From: Methanomethylovorans sp.
GTDB taxonomy: Archaea > Halobacteriota > Methanosarcinia > Methanosarcinales > Methanosarcinaceae
Assembly: GCF_041305605.1 (NCBI RefSeq)
Contig: NZ_JBFYLB010000170.1
Location: 3,542 to 67,541 of the forward strand
Direction of reading: 5' to 3'
Length of the DNA: 64,000 nucleotides
Shown here piece after piece: positions 8,623 through 18,302 of this stretch. Within the stretch, counting starts at the first letter, position 1; each line of letters begins with the position of its first letter. Position numbers and translations under genes: made by a program. The notes below the pieces were generated by a model. The model saw nothing but the letters and a program-made list of their open reading frames with translations, made no database searches and was not told the origin of the DNA.

Positions 8623-10131
8623 TTACAGGAAGCGTATACCCTTTGACACTTTTCCGGCACGCTTTGCGAATCTTTCAGGCCAGTTAGTCGGATCAAGACC
8701 TTTCTGAGCAAAGAAAGCAGAAGACCATCTTTCCAGACCTACGCCCGAACAACCGGACCAAAGCTCCTCACCGGACTGGCACTTGACATTAAAACCAGCC
8801 GGATACTTGGTCCCATTGACACTCACATTCTGGAACTCCAGCCATTCCCCGTTCTCTCCCCGATAGGGTAGAACAGCTTCGTAATCAGTGGTACCTGCCT
8901 CACTCTGTGCAGATACGCCTGTCAGGCCCTCCTGAGCCATGAACCATGGAGTCACCCAGGCCTTTCTCCATTCCAGCTCCAGAATCTCATTAAATATGTG
9001 CATATACCTCTCATGCAGCTCCTTGGCACAGTCCAGGACCTGCTCCTTGGTTCCAAGCCATACGATCTCTATCCTGTGGAACTCGTCCACACGCTCCATG
9101 CCATGGATACCACCGCTCTCATATCTGTGAGAAGTACCCGACCTGTCAAATACCTTGATAGGGAACTCATCCGTAGGTATGGTCTCACCCTGCAAGTATA
9201 CCCAGAAAGGAGGACACTGTGCATAGCACATTCCACCTATAGGCTCACCGATCTTCTCTTTTATAAGAGCCGTGGGAACCTCGTGGGTAACCTTATAATA
9301 ATCACTGACCTCTTCCCAGTACTCCGGGTCCCTGGTCTTGGGCGGGCATACATAGTAGATCTCCGGATAGACACCTTTTGCATGGCCCGACTTCTGCCAC
9401 ACCTCCCAGGGCACCAGCTTGGGAAAGATCATCTCCCTGTAACCCAATGGACCCAAAAGTTCCTCGAGCACTATTTTCTCAAAGGTCCGGAACATCTGCG
9501 TGGACTGTGGTCCATGTATCCACTGGCCTCGGCTTGCACCTCTCTTGACCCAGCCTTCTTTTACCATTGCCTGCGTGGGATCCTCGAAGAACTTATGTTC
9601 TTTCTTTTCGCTCTGCCATAGTATTTGCCAATGCTCGGCCTTGCCCCCGTAGGACTGCTGTTGGATCTTGTCCTCCATCAAAGTGAGTATCCTGTCCGGT
9701 ACCCTGTTCTCGATCTCAGATTCTCCCACATCCAGAAACAGTTTTATTGCACCATTCTCATACTCTATGGACTTCACATAGGGGATCTTTAATTGTTTTA
9801 AAGGCTTTTCTGCCGGCATGGTGATAATAAATGACTCCACCTCGATCGCCCTAAGACCAATACGGAAGTCCTTTCCCAATTTTGCTGCCAAGGGCTTGCG
9901 TATGCGCATGAGCGCATCATGAGCGCGTACATATCTCCCGGATTCGATCAGCAATTCGATCTTGTTGTCGCTAATACCCCATTCTACGACCTGCGCCCCG
10001 TAACCATCGGAAGCACCCTTGACGAGTATGGTCCTGTTTGCCTCTTCCAAATACTCCCCGATCATATCACGAGCAGGAGTGACATCCGAACTCGCCCGGA
10101 GAGAAACTTTCAATGTAAAATGCAATTCCAT
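8623..10131 (-). CDS. serS: Seryl-tRNA synthetase, methanogen-type (atypical, zinc-dependent class)
   Basis: 502 aa, the length of the Methanosarcina barkeri atypical SerRS. It has a large N-terminal tRNA-binding domain instead of a coiled coil, and a class II core with Cys/Glu-rich active-site blocks ([22 protein letters not shown]). Confidence 0.85.
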   Translation of the reverse strand: MELHFTLKVSLRASSDVTPARDMIGEYLEEANRTILVKGASDGYGAQVVEWGISDNKIELLIESGRYVRAHDALMRIRKPLAAKLGKDFRIGLRAIEVESFIITMPAEKPLKQLKIPYVKSIEYENGAIKLFLDVGESEIENRVPDRILTLMEDKIQQQSYGGKAEHWQILWQSEKKEHKFFEDPTQAMVKEGWVKRGASRGQWIHGPQSTQMFRTFEKIVLEELLGPLGYREMIFPKLVPWEVWQKSGHAKGVYPEIYYVCPPKTRDPEYWEEVSDYYKVTHEVPTALIKEKIGEPIGGMCYAQCPPFWVYLQGETIPTDEFPIKVFDRSGTSHRYESGGIHGMERVDEFHRIEIVWLGTKEQVLDCAKELHERYMHIFNEILELEWRKAWVTPWFMAQEGLTGVSAQSEAGTTDYEAVLPYRGENGEWLEFQNVSVNGTKYPAGFNVKCQSGEELWSGCSGVGLERWSSAFFAQKGLDPTNWPERFAKRAGKVSKGIRFL

Positions 10132-10392
10132 TTATTTATTCCTCGGTAATAGTGAATGAAGAGCCGGCATAGTAGGTAAGCTTTTCATTATGGAAAAAGG
10201 CTTACATCCTTTATTAATTTTCCATCAGAAGCCAATAGGCCGGATATTCAAACTGATCAGCCATTCCGGATCTATGGCCCATTCTTTCAGAAAGGAAGAA
10301 AGTTGAGCAAAAAATTTATTTCATATCCGTTCTTAGTGCATACCCTATTGTTTCCATCTAACAGGATTATGCCTTGAAGTGTGATGATATAA

Positions 10393-11316
10393 ATGGATAT
10401 ATTGATATTAGGCGCAGGTGCTGTAGGCCTGTCCCTTGCAGCCCGTCTTTCTAAGGTCTCTGATGTGCATGCCGTGTGCAGACAAAAGCATGCTGATACT
10501 ATCAGGGCCGAAGGTTTCAAAATGACCGGTATCTGGGGAGAAGAAACCAGCTTTTTCAGTTGCAGTGAAGACATACCTGAGAACGGGAAATATGATTACA
10601 TATTCATAAGTTCCAAGTCCACTGCCACCAGATCCATTTGTGAGCAGTTCGCTGATGTGATAGAGGGAAATGAAGTAATAAGCCTTCAGAATGGCATAGG
10701 GAACGAAGAGATAATCTCAGAATACACAGATCATGTTATAGGCGGCACTATTATCACAGGTTTTGAATGGACCGGTGATGCCAGTGTTCATGTATCCGTG
10801 GAAAGTGGCCCTATGCAGCTTGGCAGGTTCCCTTCAGGCATGGATGATAGCGTACAAAAGCTTGCAGAGGTATTGCAACAAGCTGGTGTCCCCGTATTTA
10901 CCACAGATAATATAAAAGGAGCACTCTGGTCCAAGGTCCTTTACAACTGTGCATTGAACCCGCTTGGCGCTATAATGGGTGTTCCCTATGGCAAATTAGA
11001 GAATCCACATGCCTGGAGTATAATCGAAGGAATGATACACGAAGCTTTCAGGATCACGGCTGTTGAAAAAGTCCGGTTACCCTGGGATAATGCCATCGAA
11101 TATCTGAGATACCTGAAAGAATACCAGTTACCAAACACACGGGCACATCATTCTTCCATGCTGCAGGACCTTGCAGCCAGTAAGAGAACAGAGATCGAGT
11201 TCCTGAATGGTGCAGTAGTGCAGCGTGCAAAAGAATATTTCATAGATGTCCCATATAACTCATTCATCACCTCACAGATACATTTCATGGAAGATCTAAG
11301 GACAAAAAGTAATTAA
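10393..11316 (+). CDS. panE: 2-dehydropantoate 2-reductase (ketopantoate reductase, PanE/ApbA family)
   Basis: MDILILGAGAVGLSLAARL Rossmann GxGxxG start. The C-terminal SMLQDLAASKRTEIEFLNG block is typical of ApbA/PanE. Confidence 0.75.
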   Translation: MDILILGAGAVGLSLAARLSKVSDVHAVCRQKHADTIRAEGFKMTGIWGEETSFFSCSEDIPENGKYDYIFISSKSTATRSICEQFADVIEGNEVISLQNGIGNEEIISEYTDHVIGGTIITGFEWTGDASVHVSVESGPMQLGRFPSGMDDSVQKLAEVLQQAGVPVFTTDNIKGALWSKVLYNCALNPLGAIMGVPYGKLENPHAWSIIEGMIHEAFRITAVEKVRLPWDNAIEYLRYLKEYQLPNTRAHHSSMLQDLAASKRTEIEFLNGAVVQRAKEYFIDVPYNSFITSQIHFMEDLRTKSN

Positions 11317-11332
11317 AAAATGGTAACTAAAA

Positions 11333-11926
11333 ATGAGCACCGACTGTAATACAACTACTATGATCCCCGGTGAACTGGTCAAATTGGGACTAAAGGGAAT
11401 AACAGAGAACATACTGGAATGTAAAATGTGCCAGTTACATGAAAATATCACTAACAAAGTGATAATGAGAGGTTCTGAAAGGCCAAAAGTGCTTTTTATA
11501 GGGGAAGCTCCCGGAAAGAACGAAGATGAAGCTGGCATTCCCTTCTGCGGGAGAGCAGGAAAAGTCCTGGACGAACTTATCACTTATATGGCCCTTCAAA
11601 AAAATGAATATGCCATAATCAACACGGTCAAATGCCGACCTCCGAACAATAGAAAACCAACACAGAACGAGCTTCGGACATGCAGACCTTTTCTGCTTGC
11701 TCAGATAGAGATACTTGATCCTGAGGTGATAATACTGCTGGGCAACACGGCAGAACAGGCATTTTGCGTGTCCCCCGTGGATTGGGGCAAAGCAGTGATC
11801 ACTACGGAGGGCAAACGCCTTATAAAGCTATATCATCCTGCAGCTCTGCTTTACCGGCGTTCCCTCATGGAACAGCAGAAAGAGATGATAGACAGGAATA
11901 AAGACCTCTGGCAGAGAATACACTAA
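11333..11926 (+). CDS. udg: Uracil-DNA glycosylase, family 4 (Fe-S type)
   Basis: FIGEAPGKNEDEAGIPFCGRAGKVL (GEAPG motif) plus the Cys residues CKMC, VKCRPP and TCRPF, and HPAALLY near the C-terminus. Confidence 0.8.
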   Translation: MSTDCNTTTMIPGELVKLGLKGITENILECKMCQLHENITNKVIMRGSERPKVLFIGEAPGKNEDEAGIPFCGRAGKVLDELITYMALQKNEYAIINTVKCRPPNNRKPTQNELRTCRPFLLAQIEILDPEVIILLGNTAEQAFCVSPVDWGKAVITTEGKRLIKLYHPAALLYRRSLMEQQKEMIDRNKDLWQRIH

Positions 11927-11968
11927 GGTTTCCAGCTTTTCAATGCATTTGTATCCCTTAAAAGGAAC

Positions 11969-11998
11969 TTTTTTATAAGATGGGGATCACCTTTTTTT
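11969..11998 (+). terminator. Two oligo-T tracts downstream of udg
   Basis: T6 at 11969-11974 and T7 at 11992-11998. Archaeal RNA polymerase terminates at oligo-T runs. Confidence 0.4.
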
Positions 11999-12129
11999 GA
12001 GGTAAGAAGTGCTTTAGGAGGAGGGCACCTCAACTATACCTGCTGTCGATGATAATTGATAGTATTTGAGTAGTATCAGAGCGATAGCTTTAGCTGAGAT
12101 CATTAATTGTAAAATGAGGAGGTGAGGAG

Positions 12130-12315
12130 ATATCAAAGTTCGAAGTATTTACCGATAACACCGGAAAATACAGTTTCAGATTGAGAGCAAGGAACGGCGA
12201 GATCATAGCCACAGGCCAGGTCTATGCCAGCAAAGCTGGCTGCCTTAAAGGAATAGAATCCGTGAAAAAGAATGCTCTCACGGCAAAAGTGGTTGAAATG
12301 GATCCGGTAAAATGA
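12130..12315 (+). CDS. DUF1508 (YegP-like) small protein, apparent ATA start
   Basis: Own translation: (I)SKFEVFTDNTGKYSFRLRARNGEIIATGQVYASKAGCLKGIESVKKNALTAKVVEMDPVK. This matches the YegP repeat pattern MAKFEIY..G.YRFRL.A.NGEII..S..Y.SK..C..GIESVKKNA. It is too short for the ORF track and has no canonical start. Confidence 0.55.
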   Translation: MSKFEVFTDNTGKYSFRLRARNGEIIATGQVYASKAGCLKGIESVKKNALTAKVVEMDPVK

Positions 12316-12364
12316 AATAAAAATGATTAAAAATAAACGTTAAAGAATGAATTATTTTTTAAGG

Positions 12365-12598
12365 TCATTTGTCCACCTTCTCGAGCACTTCCTCTGCTAT
12401 CCTGGCATTCATGAGCAGGTCATCCATAGTGGCAATGAGAGTTGTGACCTTTTCAGTACTAAAACTAATCGTTGCCAGGCCTTCAGCAACTTCTGTGCCC
12501 ATACCGGAAAGGTTATCCGGAGCAAGGGAAAAAGCTACTTTCTCTGCGATCTGCGAAGCCTGTGGACTTTTCATAGTTATAGTAGTTCGTATCCTCAT
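12365..12598 (-). CDS. Small conserved archaeal protein, Pcc1/CTAG-like (possible Pcc1 paralog)
   Basis: 77 aa. The pattern IAEKVAFSLAPDN...ISF....TLIATMDDLLMNARIAEEVLE resembles the beta-beta-beta-alpha Pcc1 layout. 4-nt overlap with the upstream DHH gene. The assignment is tentative. Confidence 0.4.
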   Translation of the reverse strand: MRIRTTITMKSPQASQIAEKVAFSLAPDNLSGMGTEVAEGLATISFSTEKVTTLIATMDDLLMNARIAEEVLEKVDK

Positions 12599-13956
12599 CT
12601 TTTGCCGCCTAAATCCTCACCCAGTTGCTGTCCCACTATCCCGTCAACGATATCAATGAACTCCTGCACCTTTCCCGGTGGAATGGAAGCCCCGGATGCG
12701 ATATTATGACCACCGCCCTGGCCACCTACGGCCATGGCCCCTTCTCTCATAGCATAAGCAAGGTCAAGCCCTTTACCTATCAAGGCCCGTGTACCCCGGC
12801 CTGAGACTTTGACAATGCCCTCTACTTCATTGGTTGCAATACAGGGTTTCTCGGGATGCATATATCTTACCACAGTACTGCTTATCATTCCCGTGTTATC
12901 CATGTCTTTAGCTATCATATACCAGATATTCTTCCCTTGCTTAAACATACTTTCTGCCTCCTTTATGTTGGCAACTATGGACCTCTGGTATTCAACTGCC
13001 AGCTGGCGTCCTTCCTCTATAACAGATGCATCCTGCATGCACATTGACAGGGCCAGACCAGCTTTTTCAAGCTTACCACATGTATTGAGTATGCCAACAA
13101 AGTCATAGACATTCTTTACAAGCTCTTTTTCAAGATAGTACACATCCCCTATAGCTGCATCCACTGCCTCCGGGCTTGCATGCTTTGCAAGCTTGAGCGC
13201 GATAGAAGAGGTGAGCTTCTTGAGATCACCCTGAGACATCTCACTTAATGTTCCCTTCACTCCAAGGATAGCAAGGAAATCATGTATCTTCTTCCGATCA
13301 CCCGTGATATCCAGATAAGGCTCAGGCGTATACTCCAGCACATCCGCGATATCACCATCTCCCACCTTCAGACCTTTTTTGACAGAAACCACACCTGCCT
13401 GTGTGGCCTCCTCAAGTATGTGCAGATTTGCATTTTCAAAGAGCTGTTTATCACCAACAGCGCCCGCAATTGCCAGTCCCGCCAGATCTACATTGTCCGG
13501 ATCCATCTCCTTTGCCACCAGATATGTAGTACCTGAAGCAGAGAGATATATAGCTCCATCAATGCCTGTATAATGCGGATTAACGGCTACCTTTGCAGGA
13601 GAATCACCCACAGGCGTATGATGATCAATAACAATCACATCATTCTCGATCTGCCTGATAAGCTCTGCCTGCCCACTGCCCATATCACAAAATATGACCA
13701 GGTCTCCCGCAGAAACGCTGTTCTTTATGGTATCAATGGTATCCTGTGCCAGCCTGCTTTCGATAGTGGCATGGAAACGTATGCTTTTCCTCATAAGAGC
13801 TCTGCACATTATGCCTGCCGAAGTAAGCCCATCAGCATCATTGTGGCATATGAGACGCACGTACCTATGTGCAGATATCACGTCGGCAGCTTTTGCTGCA
13901 AGCTCTTTGAGCCTGCTCATCGCTGTGCTTTCAGAGGTCATCTGCATCACCATCAC
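12595..13956 (-). CDS. recJ: DHH/DHHA1 phosphoesterase, archaeal RecJ/Cdc45-like (GAN-type) nuclease
   Basis: CHNDADGLTS, FCDMGS, VIDHHTP and GGGHNIASGA are DHH motifs I-IV plus the DHHA1 GGGH motif. Confidence 0.75.
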   Translation of the reverse strand: MMVMQMTSESTAMSRLKELAAKAADVISAHRYVRLICHNDADGLTSAGIMCRALMRKSIRFHATIESRLAQDTIDTIKNSVSAGDLVIFCDMGSGQAELIRQIENDVIVIDHHTPVGDSPAKVAVNPHYTGIDGAIYLSASGTTYLVAKEMDPDNVDLAGLAIAGAVGDKQLFENANLHILEEATQAGVVSVKKGLKVGDGDIADVLEYTPEPYLDITGDRKKIHDFLAILGVKGTLSEMSQGDLKKLTSSIALKLAKHASPEAVDAAIGDVYYLEKELVKNVYDFVGILNTCGKLEKAGLALSMCMQDASVIEEGRQLAVEYQRSIVANIKEAESMFKQGKNIWYMIAKDMDNTGMISSTVVRYMHPEKPCIATNEVEGIVKVSGRGTRALIGKGLDLAYAMREGAMAVGGQGGGHNIASGASIPPGKVQEFIDIVDGIVGQQLGEDLGGKR

Positions 13957-15149
13957 TGCATAAGGACTTCACCGGGTTTGGTGCCACTGCCGTTCTCAAT
14001 AACAACACCTACATTAATACTGGTGTTTATACCGGTATGGACATCATCCCCCATTATGACACCAAGCTTTCTGCGACCTGTGTCCACCCTCTTACCTTTG
14101 ATAACGGACTTAATGGTCTTGCCGTCATGGCGAAGATTCGCAACCTTTGTACCTGCACCGAAATTGCAACCGAATCCTACCACACTGTCACCAATGTATG
14201 TAAGGTGTCCGATCTTGGTCCCATCCATGATGACACAGTTCTTCACCTCAACACCATTGCCAATATGCACATTGTTACCAATGGAAGTTGAGGGTCGGAT
14301 AAAACAATTGGGGCCGATATCGCAATTCTTACCGATGACCACAGGACCGATTATATACGCACCATTACGCACGATCGTACCTTCACCTATTACCACATCG
14401 CCATGCAAAGTGGCCAGAGGTTCCACAGTACCTTCACAGCTGGGTTTGAGCTTTTCAAGCATTGCTTTGTTGGCATCCAGCATATCCCAAGGCCTGCCCA
14501 CATCCAGCCAGACATTGGTAAGAGGTTCAAAACCCACATGTATGCCATCGTTCACCATCATCTGCATAGAATCGGTTATTTCATATTCGTTACGTGGAGA
14601 TGGCTGGGTCCGGTCAATATATTCAAAGATAGTAGTATCAAAGAGGTAAATTCCTGCATTAACAGTGTTAGTAGGGGGATCAAGGGGTTTTTCTATGATA
14701 CGGCTGACCTTATCGCCTTCCGTAACGATCACACCGAACTCCGAAGGGTTCTCAACAGCCTTCACACTGATGACAGCAGCCTCGTTGTGCTTTATGAGCT
14801 TTCCAAGATGCACAGGATCTACAAGCATGTCGCCGTTCAACTGAACAAATCGCCCATTCACGTATTCCCGGGCACAACCTATTGCATGAGCAGTACCAAG
14901 CTGCTTTTCCTGAGTGACATAATCAATATGGATCCCCCATCTTTTTCCATCACCGAAATAGGCCTTAATGGTCTCTTCCCTGTAACCTGTGACCATCACA
15001 AAATCCTTTATACCTACCTGGATACAGGCCTCCATTACATGTTCGAGCATGGGCCTGTTGGCCAGAGGCAACATGACCTTTGGCCGGGCAGCGGTCAGCG
15101 GGCGCATCCTTGTTCCTTCACCGGCTGCAAGTATCACTGCCTTCATCAA
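13953..15149 (-). CDS. glmU: Bifunctional sugar-1-phosphate nucleotidylyltransferase/acetyltransferase (archaeal GlmU-like), copy 1
   Basis: [18 protein letters not shown] nucleotidyltransferase P-loop. The C-terminal half consists of left-handed beta-helix hexapeptide repeats ([25 protein letters not shown]...). Confidence 0.8.
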   Translation of the reverse strand: MMKAVILAAGEGTRMRPLTAARPKVMLPLANRPMLEHVMEACIQVGIKDFVMVTGYREETIKAYFGDGKRWGIHIDYVTQEKQLGTAHAIGCAREYVNGRFVQLNGDMLVDPVHLGKLIKHNEAAVISVKAVENPSEFGVIVTEGDKVSRIIEKPLDPPTNTVNAGIYLFDTTIFEYIDRTQPSPRNEYEITDSMQMMVNDGIHVGFEPLTNVWLDVGRPWDMLDANKAMLEKLKPSCEGTVEPLATLHGDVVIGEGTIVRNGAYIIGPVVIGKNCDIGPNCFIRPSTSIGNNVHIGNGVEVKNCVIMDGTKIGHLTYIGDSVVGFGCNFGAGTKVANLRHDGKTIKSVIKGKRVDTGRRKLGVIMGDDVHTGINTSINVGVVIENGSGTKPGEVLMQ

Positions 15150-16444
15150 AGATTCTCCCGCACTATCTTCTCAGCCATTGCATAGAGCTCTTCCACATTT
15201 TCACGGGACTCAGCTGTTATCCTTATCTTTGGTTCTGTGCCCGAGGGCCTGATAAGCACCCAGCCGTCCTTCATTTCCACACGTACACCATCTATATCGG
15301 TAACCTTGCCCATTTGCTTCATTTTTGTAGCAATGGCCTTCATCACTCTTTCCTTTTCCATGTTATCGCAGGGAAGAGTACCTCTCTTAGTAGGATATTT
15401 AGGAAGTACCGCACGCATTTTTGCCAGTGAAGTTTCCTGCACCATTTCGACAAGAAGCGCAGCTGCAAGAATACCATCGGGACAATATGATACTCTTGGG
15501 AATATCCAGCTTCCCGAAGGTTCTCCACCAAACTCTGCACCTACTTTCTTGAGCTCCTCGGCCACATAGACATCACCTACACGCGTATAAACCACTTCTG
15601 AAAGGGGTAAGGAATCAGCCACCATCATAGAAGTATCTACAGGCACCACAAGCTTTCCTGAATCTTTGCATTCACGCAATGCAAAGATAGCAAGCATTTC
15701 ATCTCCCGATACGAACTCTCCGTTCTCATCCACTGCCATCATCCTGTCAGCATCGCCGTCGTGGGCAATTCCGACACGTGCACCGAATTCTTTTACAGCC
15801 TTTTTGAGCATCCACAGATTTTCCTCAATTGGTTCCGGATTGCGTGCAGGGAAGTGTCCGTCGAGCTGTGCATTAAGAGTGATGACCTCGCACCCCATTT
15901 CCCGTAACAGGAAAGGAGTGATGGTGCTACCTGCAGCACAGCCGCAATCAACGACAACTCTCATCTTGACCGGCTTCACATTACTCAGGATAAGTTCAGC
16001 ATGATCTTTTATGGCAGAACTGTCTGATGTAATGTCCCCTATTTCGTTCCATGCCACAGCCACGAAATCTTGCTGCCCGATGATGCGTTCTATCTCTTCC
16101 TGCTGTGCAGAATCGAATGCCATGCCATCGGGATTCCATAACTTGATGCCCACATAAGGAGCAGGATTATGGGAAGCAGTGATCATTACCCCACAATCGT
16201 ATTTTCTTGCAGCGTAAGCAAGTGTGGGAGTTGTGACAACACCGATCTTAACAACATTACAACCAGCTGACACAAGTCCCGAGACCAGTGCATATTCGAT
16301 CATTTCACTGGATACCCTCGGATCCCTTCCAATGACTGCAGACTTATTGGACCTGCCAAGAGCTAATCCCACTTTAAGGGCAAGATCAACTGTAATTTCT
16401 TTATTGGCAAGACCTCTAATACCGGAAGAACCAAACAATTTCAT
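15146..16444 (-). CDS. glmM: Phosphoglucosamine mutase (alpha-D-phosphohexomutase family)
   Basis: [16 protein letters not shown] active-site phosphoserine loop, [10 protein letters not shown] metal loop and GEPSGS sugar loop. Confidence 0.85.
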   Translation of the reverse strand: MKLFGSSGIRGLANKEITVDLALKVGLALGRSNKSAVIGRDPRVSSEMIEYALVSGLVSAGCNVVKIGVVTTPTLAYAARKYDCGVMITASHNPAPYVGIKLWNPDGMAFDSAQQEEIERIIGQQDFVAVAWNEIGDITSDSSAIKDHAELILSNVKPVKMRVVVDCGCAAGSTITPFLLREMGCEVITLNAQLDGHFPARNPEPIEENLWMLKKAVKEFGARVGIAHDGDADRMMAVDENGEFVSGDEMLAIFALRECKDSGKLVVPVDTSMMVADSLPLSEVVYTRVGDVYVAEELKKVGAEFGGEPSGSWIFPRVSYCPDGILAAALLVEMVQETSLAKMRAVLPKYPTKRGTLPCDNMEKERVMKAIATKMKQMGKVTDIDGVRVEMKDGWVLIRPSGTEPKIRITAESRENVEELYAMAEKIVRENL

Positions 16445-16462
16445 AATTCTAACCTCTTAAGA

Positions 16463-18292
16463 TCATTCTACTGTAACGCTTTTCGCAAGGTTCCTGGGCT
16501 TATCTATAGAGCAATCCCTTGCAAGGGCTGTGTAATATGCAAGCAACTGCAACACTACCGATGAAAGCACCGGGGATAACAGTTCATGACAATCAGGTAT
16601 CCTTAGCACCATATCAACGTATTTAGTAATCTCAGTGTCGCTTTGGTTGGCAACAGCTATTACTTCGGCACTTCTTGCCTTAACTTCCTTGATATTGCTC
16701 AGTACTTTATCATATGTATGCCCTTTTGTAGCAATGGCCACTACAGGCGTTGCACTGCTGATAAGTGCCAGAGGACCGTGTTTAAGCTCACCCGCCGCAT
16801 ATCCTTCAGCATGTATATATGAGATCTCTTTGAGTTTCAGGGCACCCTCCAGTGAAACCGGATAGTTCAAATGCCTGCCTATGAAGAAATAGTCCTGTAC
16901 CTTTGCATAGTGTTCAGCACATTTCTTTATTGCATCTTTATTGTTGAGGATCTTTTGTACCTGGCCTGGCAATTGCTTGATGCCAACCAATATATCTCTG
17001 GAAGTTTCAGGAGTTAACCGGCCTCTGACCGTTCCTATGTGGATAGCCATCAGATAGAGCATTATAAGTTGGGCTGTGAATGTTTTCGTGGCAGCAACTC
17101 CTATTTCCGGACCAGCGTGTGTGAAAAGCACACTATCCGTTTCCCTGGTAATAGTACTACCCACTACATTGGTTATGGCAACCGCCTTACATCCATATGA
17201 CCTTGAACTCCTGATAGCTGCAAGTGTGTCAGCTGTTTCTCCTGACTGCGTTATAGCGAGAGTCAATACCTGACCACAAAGTATCGGATCACCGTATCTG
17301 AACTCCGAAGCGGTCTCAACATCAGTGTGTATCCCGGCAAGGTTCTCGAACAGATATTTTCCAACACAACCGGCATTCCATGATGTTCCACAGGCAATTA
17401 TGGTCACCCTTTGCAGATTCCTCAGCTGGTCCTCATCCATCTTCAGTTCTTCGAGTATGACCCTGCCTTCCAGTTCAGAGATCTTACCTGCATACGTATC
17501 CTGGATAGAAATGGGCTGTTCATGTATTTCTTTGAGCATGAAATGTTCATAACCCGCTTTTTCAGCAGCTTCTTCATTCCACTCAATGATGTCAACTTTC
17601 TTTTCTATCCTTTGTCCATCGTTATTGTAGAATTCCACACCTGTGGGACTAATTAGCACAAGCTCCTTATCATTGACATATACAGCATTTTTTGTATATC
17701 TGAGAAATGCAGTTACATCTGATGCCGCAAAATAACCATTATTACCAAGACCAATGACAAGAGGACTGTCCTTACGGGCAAGCACTATATGGTCCGGCTC
17801 ATCAGTGCACAGCACTGCAATTGCATACGAACCCTCTATCTCGGTCATTATATGGCGTACAGCATCCAGTAAGCTGTATGTTTTTTCATTTTTCATTGTT
17901 TTATGCAGCAGATGTGCTATGACCTCAGTATCTGTATCCGATGAGAACTCATAGCCTTGCTGCATCAGCTTTTCCTTAAGGTGCATATAGTTCTCAATGA
18001 TACCATTATGCACTACTGCAATATTCGATGAAAGATGGGGATGGGCATTCCTGGTCTCGGGCTTTCCGTGAGTAGCCCAGCGAGTATGACCTATTCCAAT
18101 ATGCCCTGTGAAACCTGCCGGAATTATTTTTTCCAGCTCGGATATCTTGCCTACGGTCTTGTATGTTTCCAGGTTTCCATTGAAAATGGTGACCCCTGCA
18201 GAATCATAACCTCTGTATTCCAGTTTCTTGAGGGAACTGATGATGATATCAACAGCATTCTCAGTACCTATGTATCCTACTATACCACACAT
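16463..18292 (-). CDS. glmS: Glutamine--fructose-6-phosphate aminotransferase (isomerizing)
   Basis: MCGIVGY catalytic N-terminal Cys, two SIS domains and a C-terminal ..AKSVTVE. The start is set at the ATG directly preceding Cys. The track ORF begins 3 codons earlier. Confidence 0.9.
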   Translation of the reverse strand: MCGIVGYIGTENAVDIIISSLKKLEYRGYDSAGVTIFNGNLETYKTVGKISELEKIIPAGFTGHIGIGHTRWATHGKPETRNAHPHLSSNIAVVHNGIIENYMHLKEKLMQQGYEFSSDTDTEVIAHLLHKTMKNEKTYSLLDAVRHIMTEIEGSYAIAVLCTDEPDHIVLARKDSPLVIGLGNNGYFAASDVTAFLRYTKNAVYVNDKELVLISPTGVEFYNNDGQRIEKKVDIIEWNEEAAEKAGYEHFMLKEIHEQPISIQDTYAGKISELEGRVILEELKMDEDQLRNLQRVTIIACGTSWNAGCVGKYLFENLAGIHTDVETASEFRYGDPILCGQVLTLAITQSGETADTLAAIRSSRSYGCKAVAITNVVGSTITRETDSVLFTHAGPEIGVAATKTFTAQLIMLYLMAIHIGTVRGRLTPETSRDILVGIKQLPGQVQKILNNKDAIKKCAEHYAKVQDYFFIGRHLNYPVSLEGALKLKEISYIHAEGYAAGELKHGPLALISSATPVVAIATKGHTYDKVLSNIKEVKARSAEVIAVANQSDTEITKYVDMVLRIPDCHELLSPVLSSVVLQLLAYYTALARDCSIDKPRNLAKSVTVE

Positions 18293-18302
18293 CATCATCA
18301 CC

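Noticed and set aside
10287-10574. 95-aa minus-strand ORF spanning the panE start.
   Set aside because: It overlaps the well-supported panE N-terminus (GxGxxG) on the opposite strand, and it extends into the promoter spacer. No motif was recognised.
12049-12097. Possible box C/D sRNA (ATGATAA ... CTGA) in the udg/DUF1508 spacer.
   Set aside because: Box C deviates at a critical G. No D' or C' boxes fall at the required 12-nt guide spacing, and there are no terminal stem or K-turn partners.
13573-14649. 358-aa plus-strand ORF, plus the neighbouring 14403-15185 ORF of 260 aa.
   Set aside because: These lie antisense to the RecJ-like and GlmU-like genes, whose products carry unmistakable catalytic motifs. 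The translations are low-complexity (Pro/Ser/Thr/Ile runs) with no motif. They are typical shadow ORFs of a coding strand.
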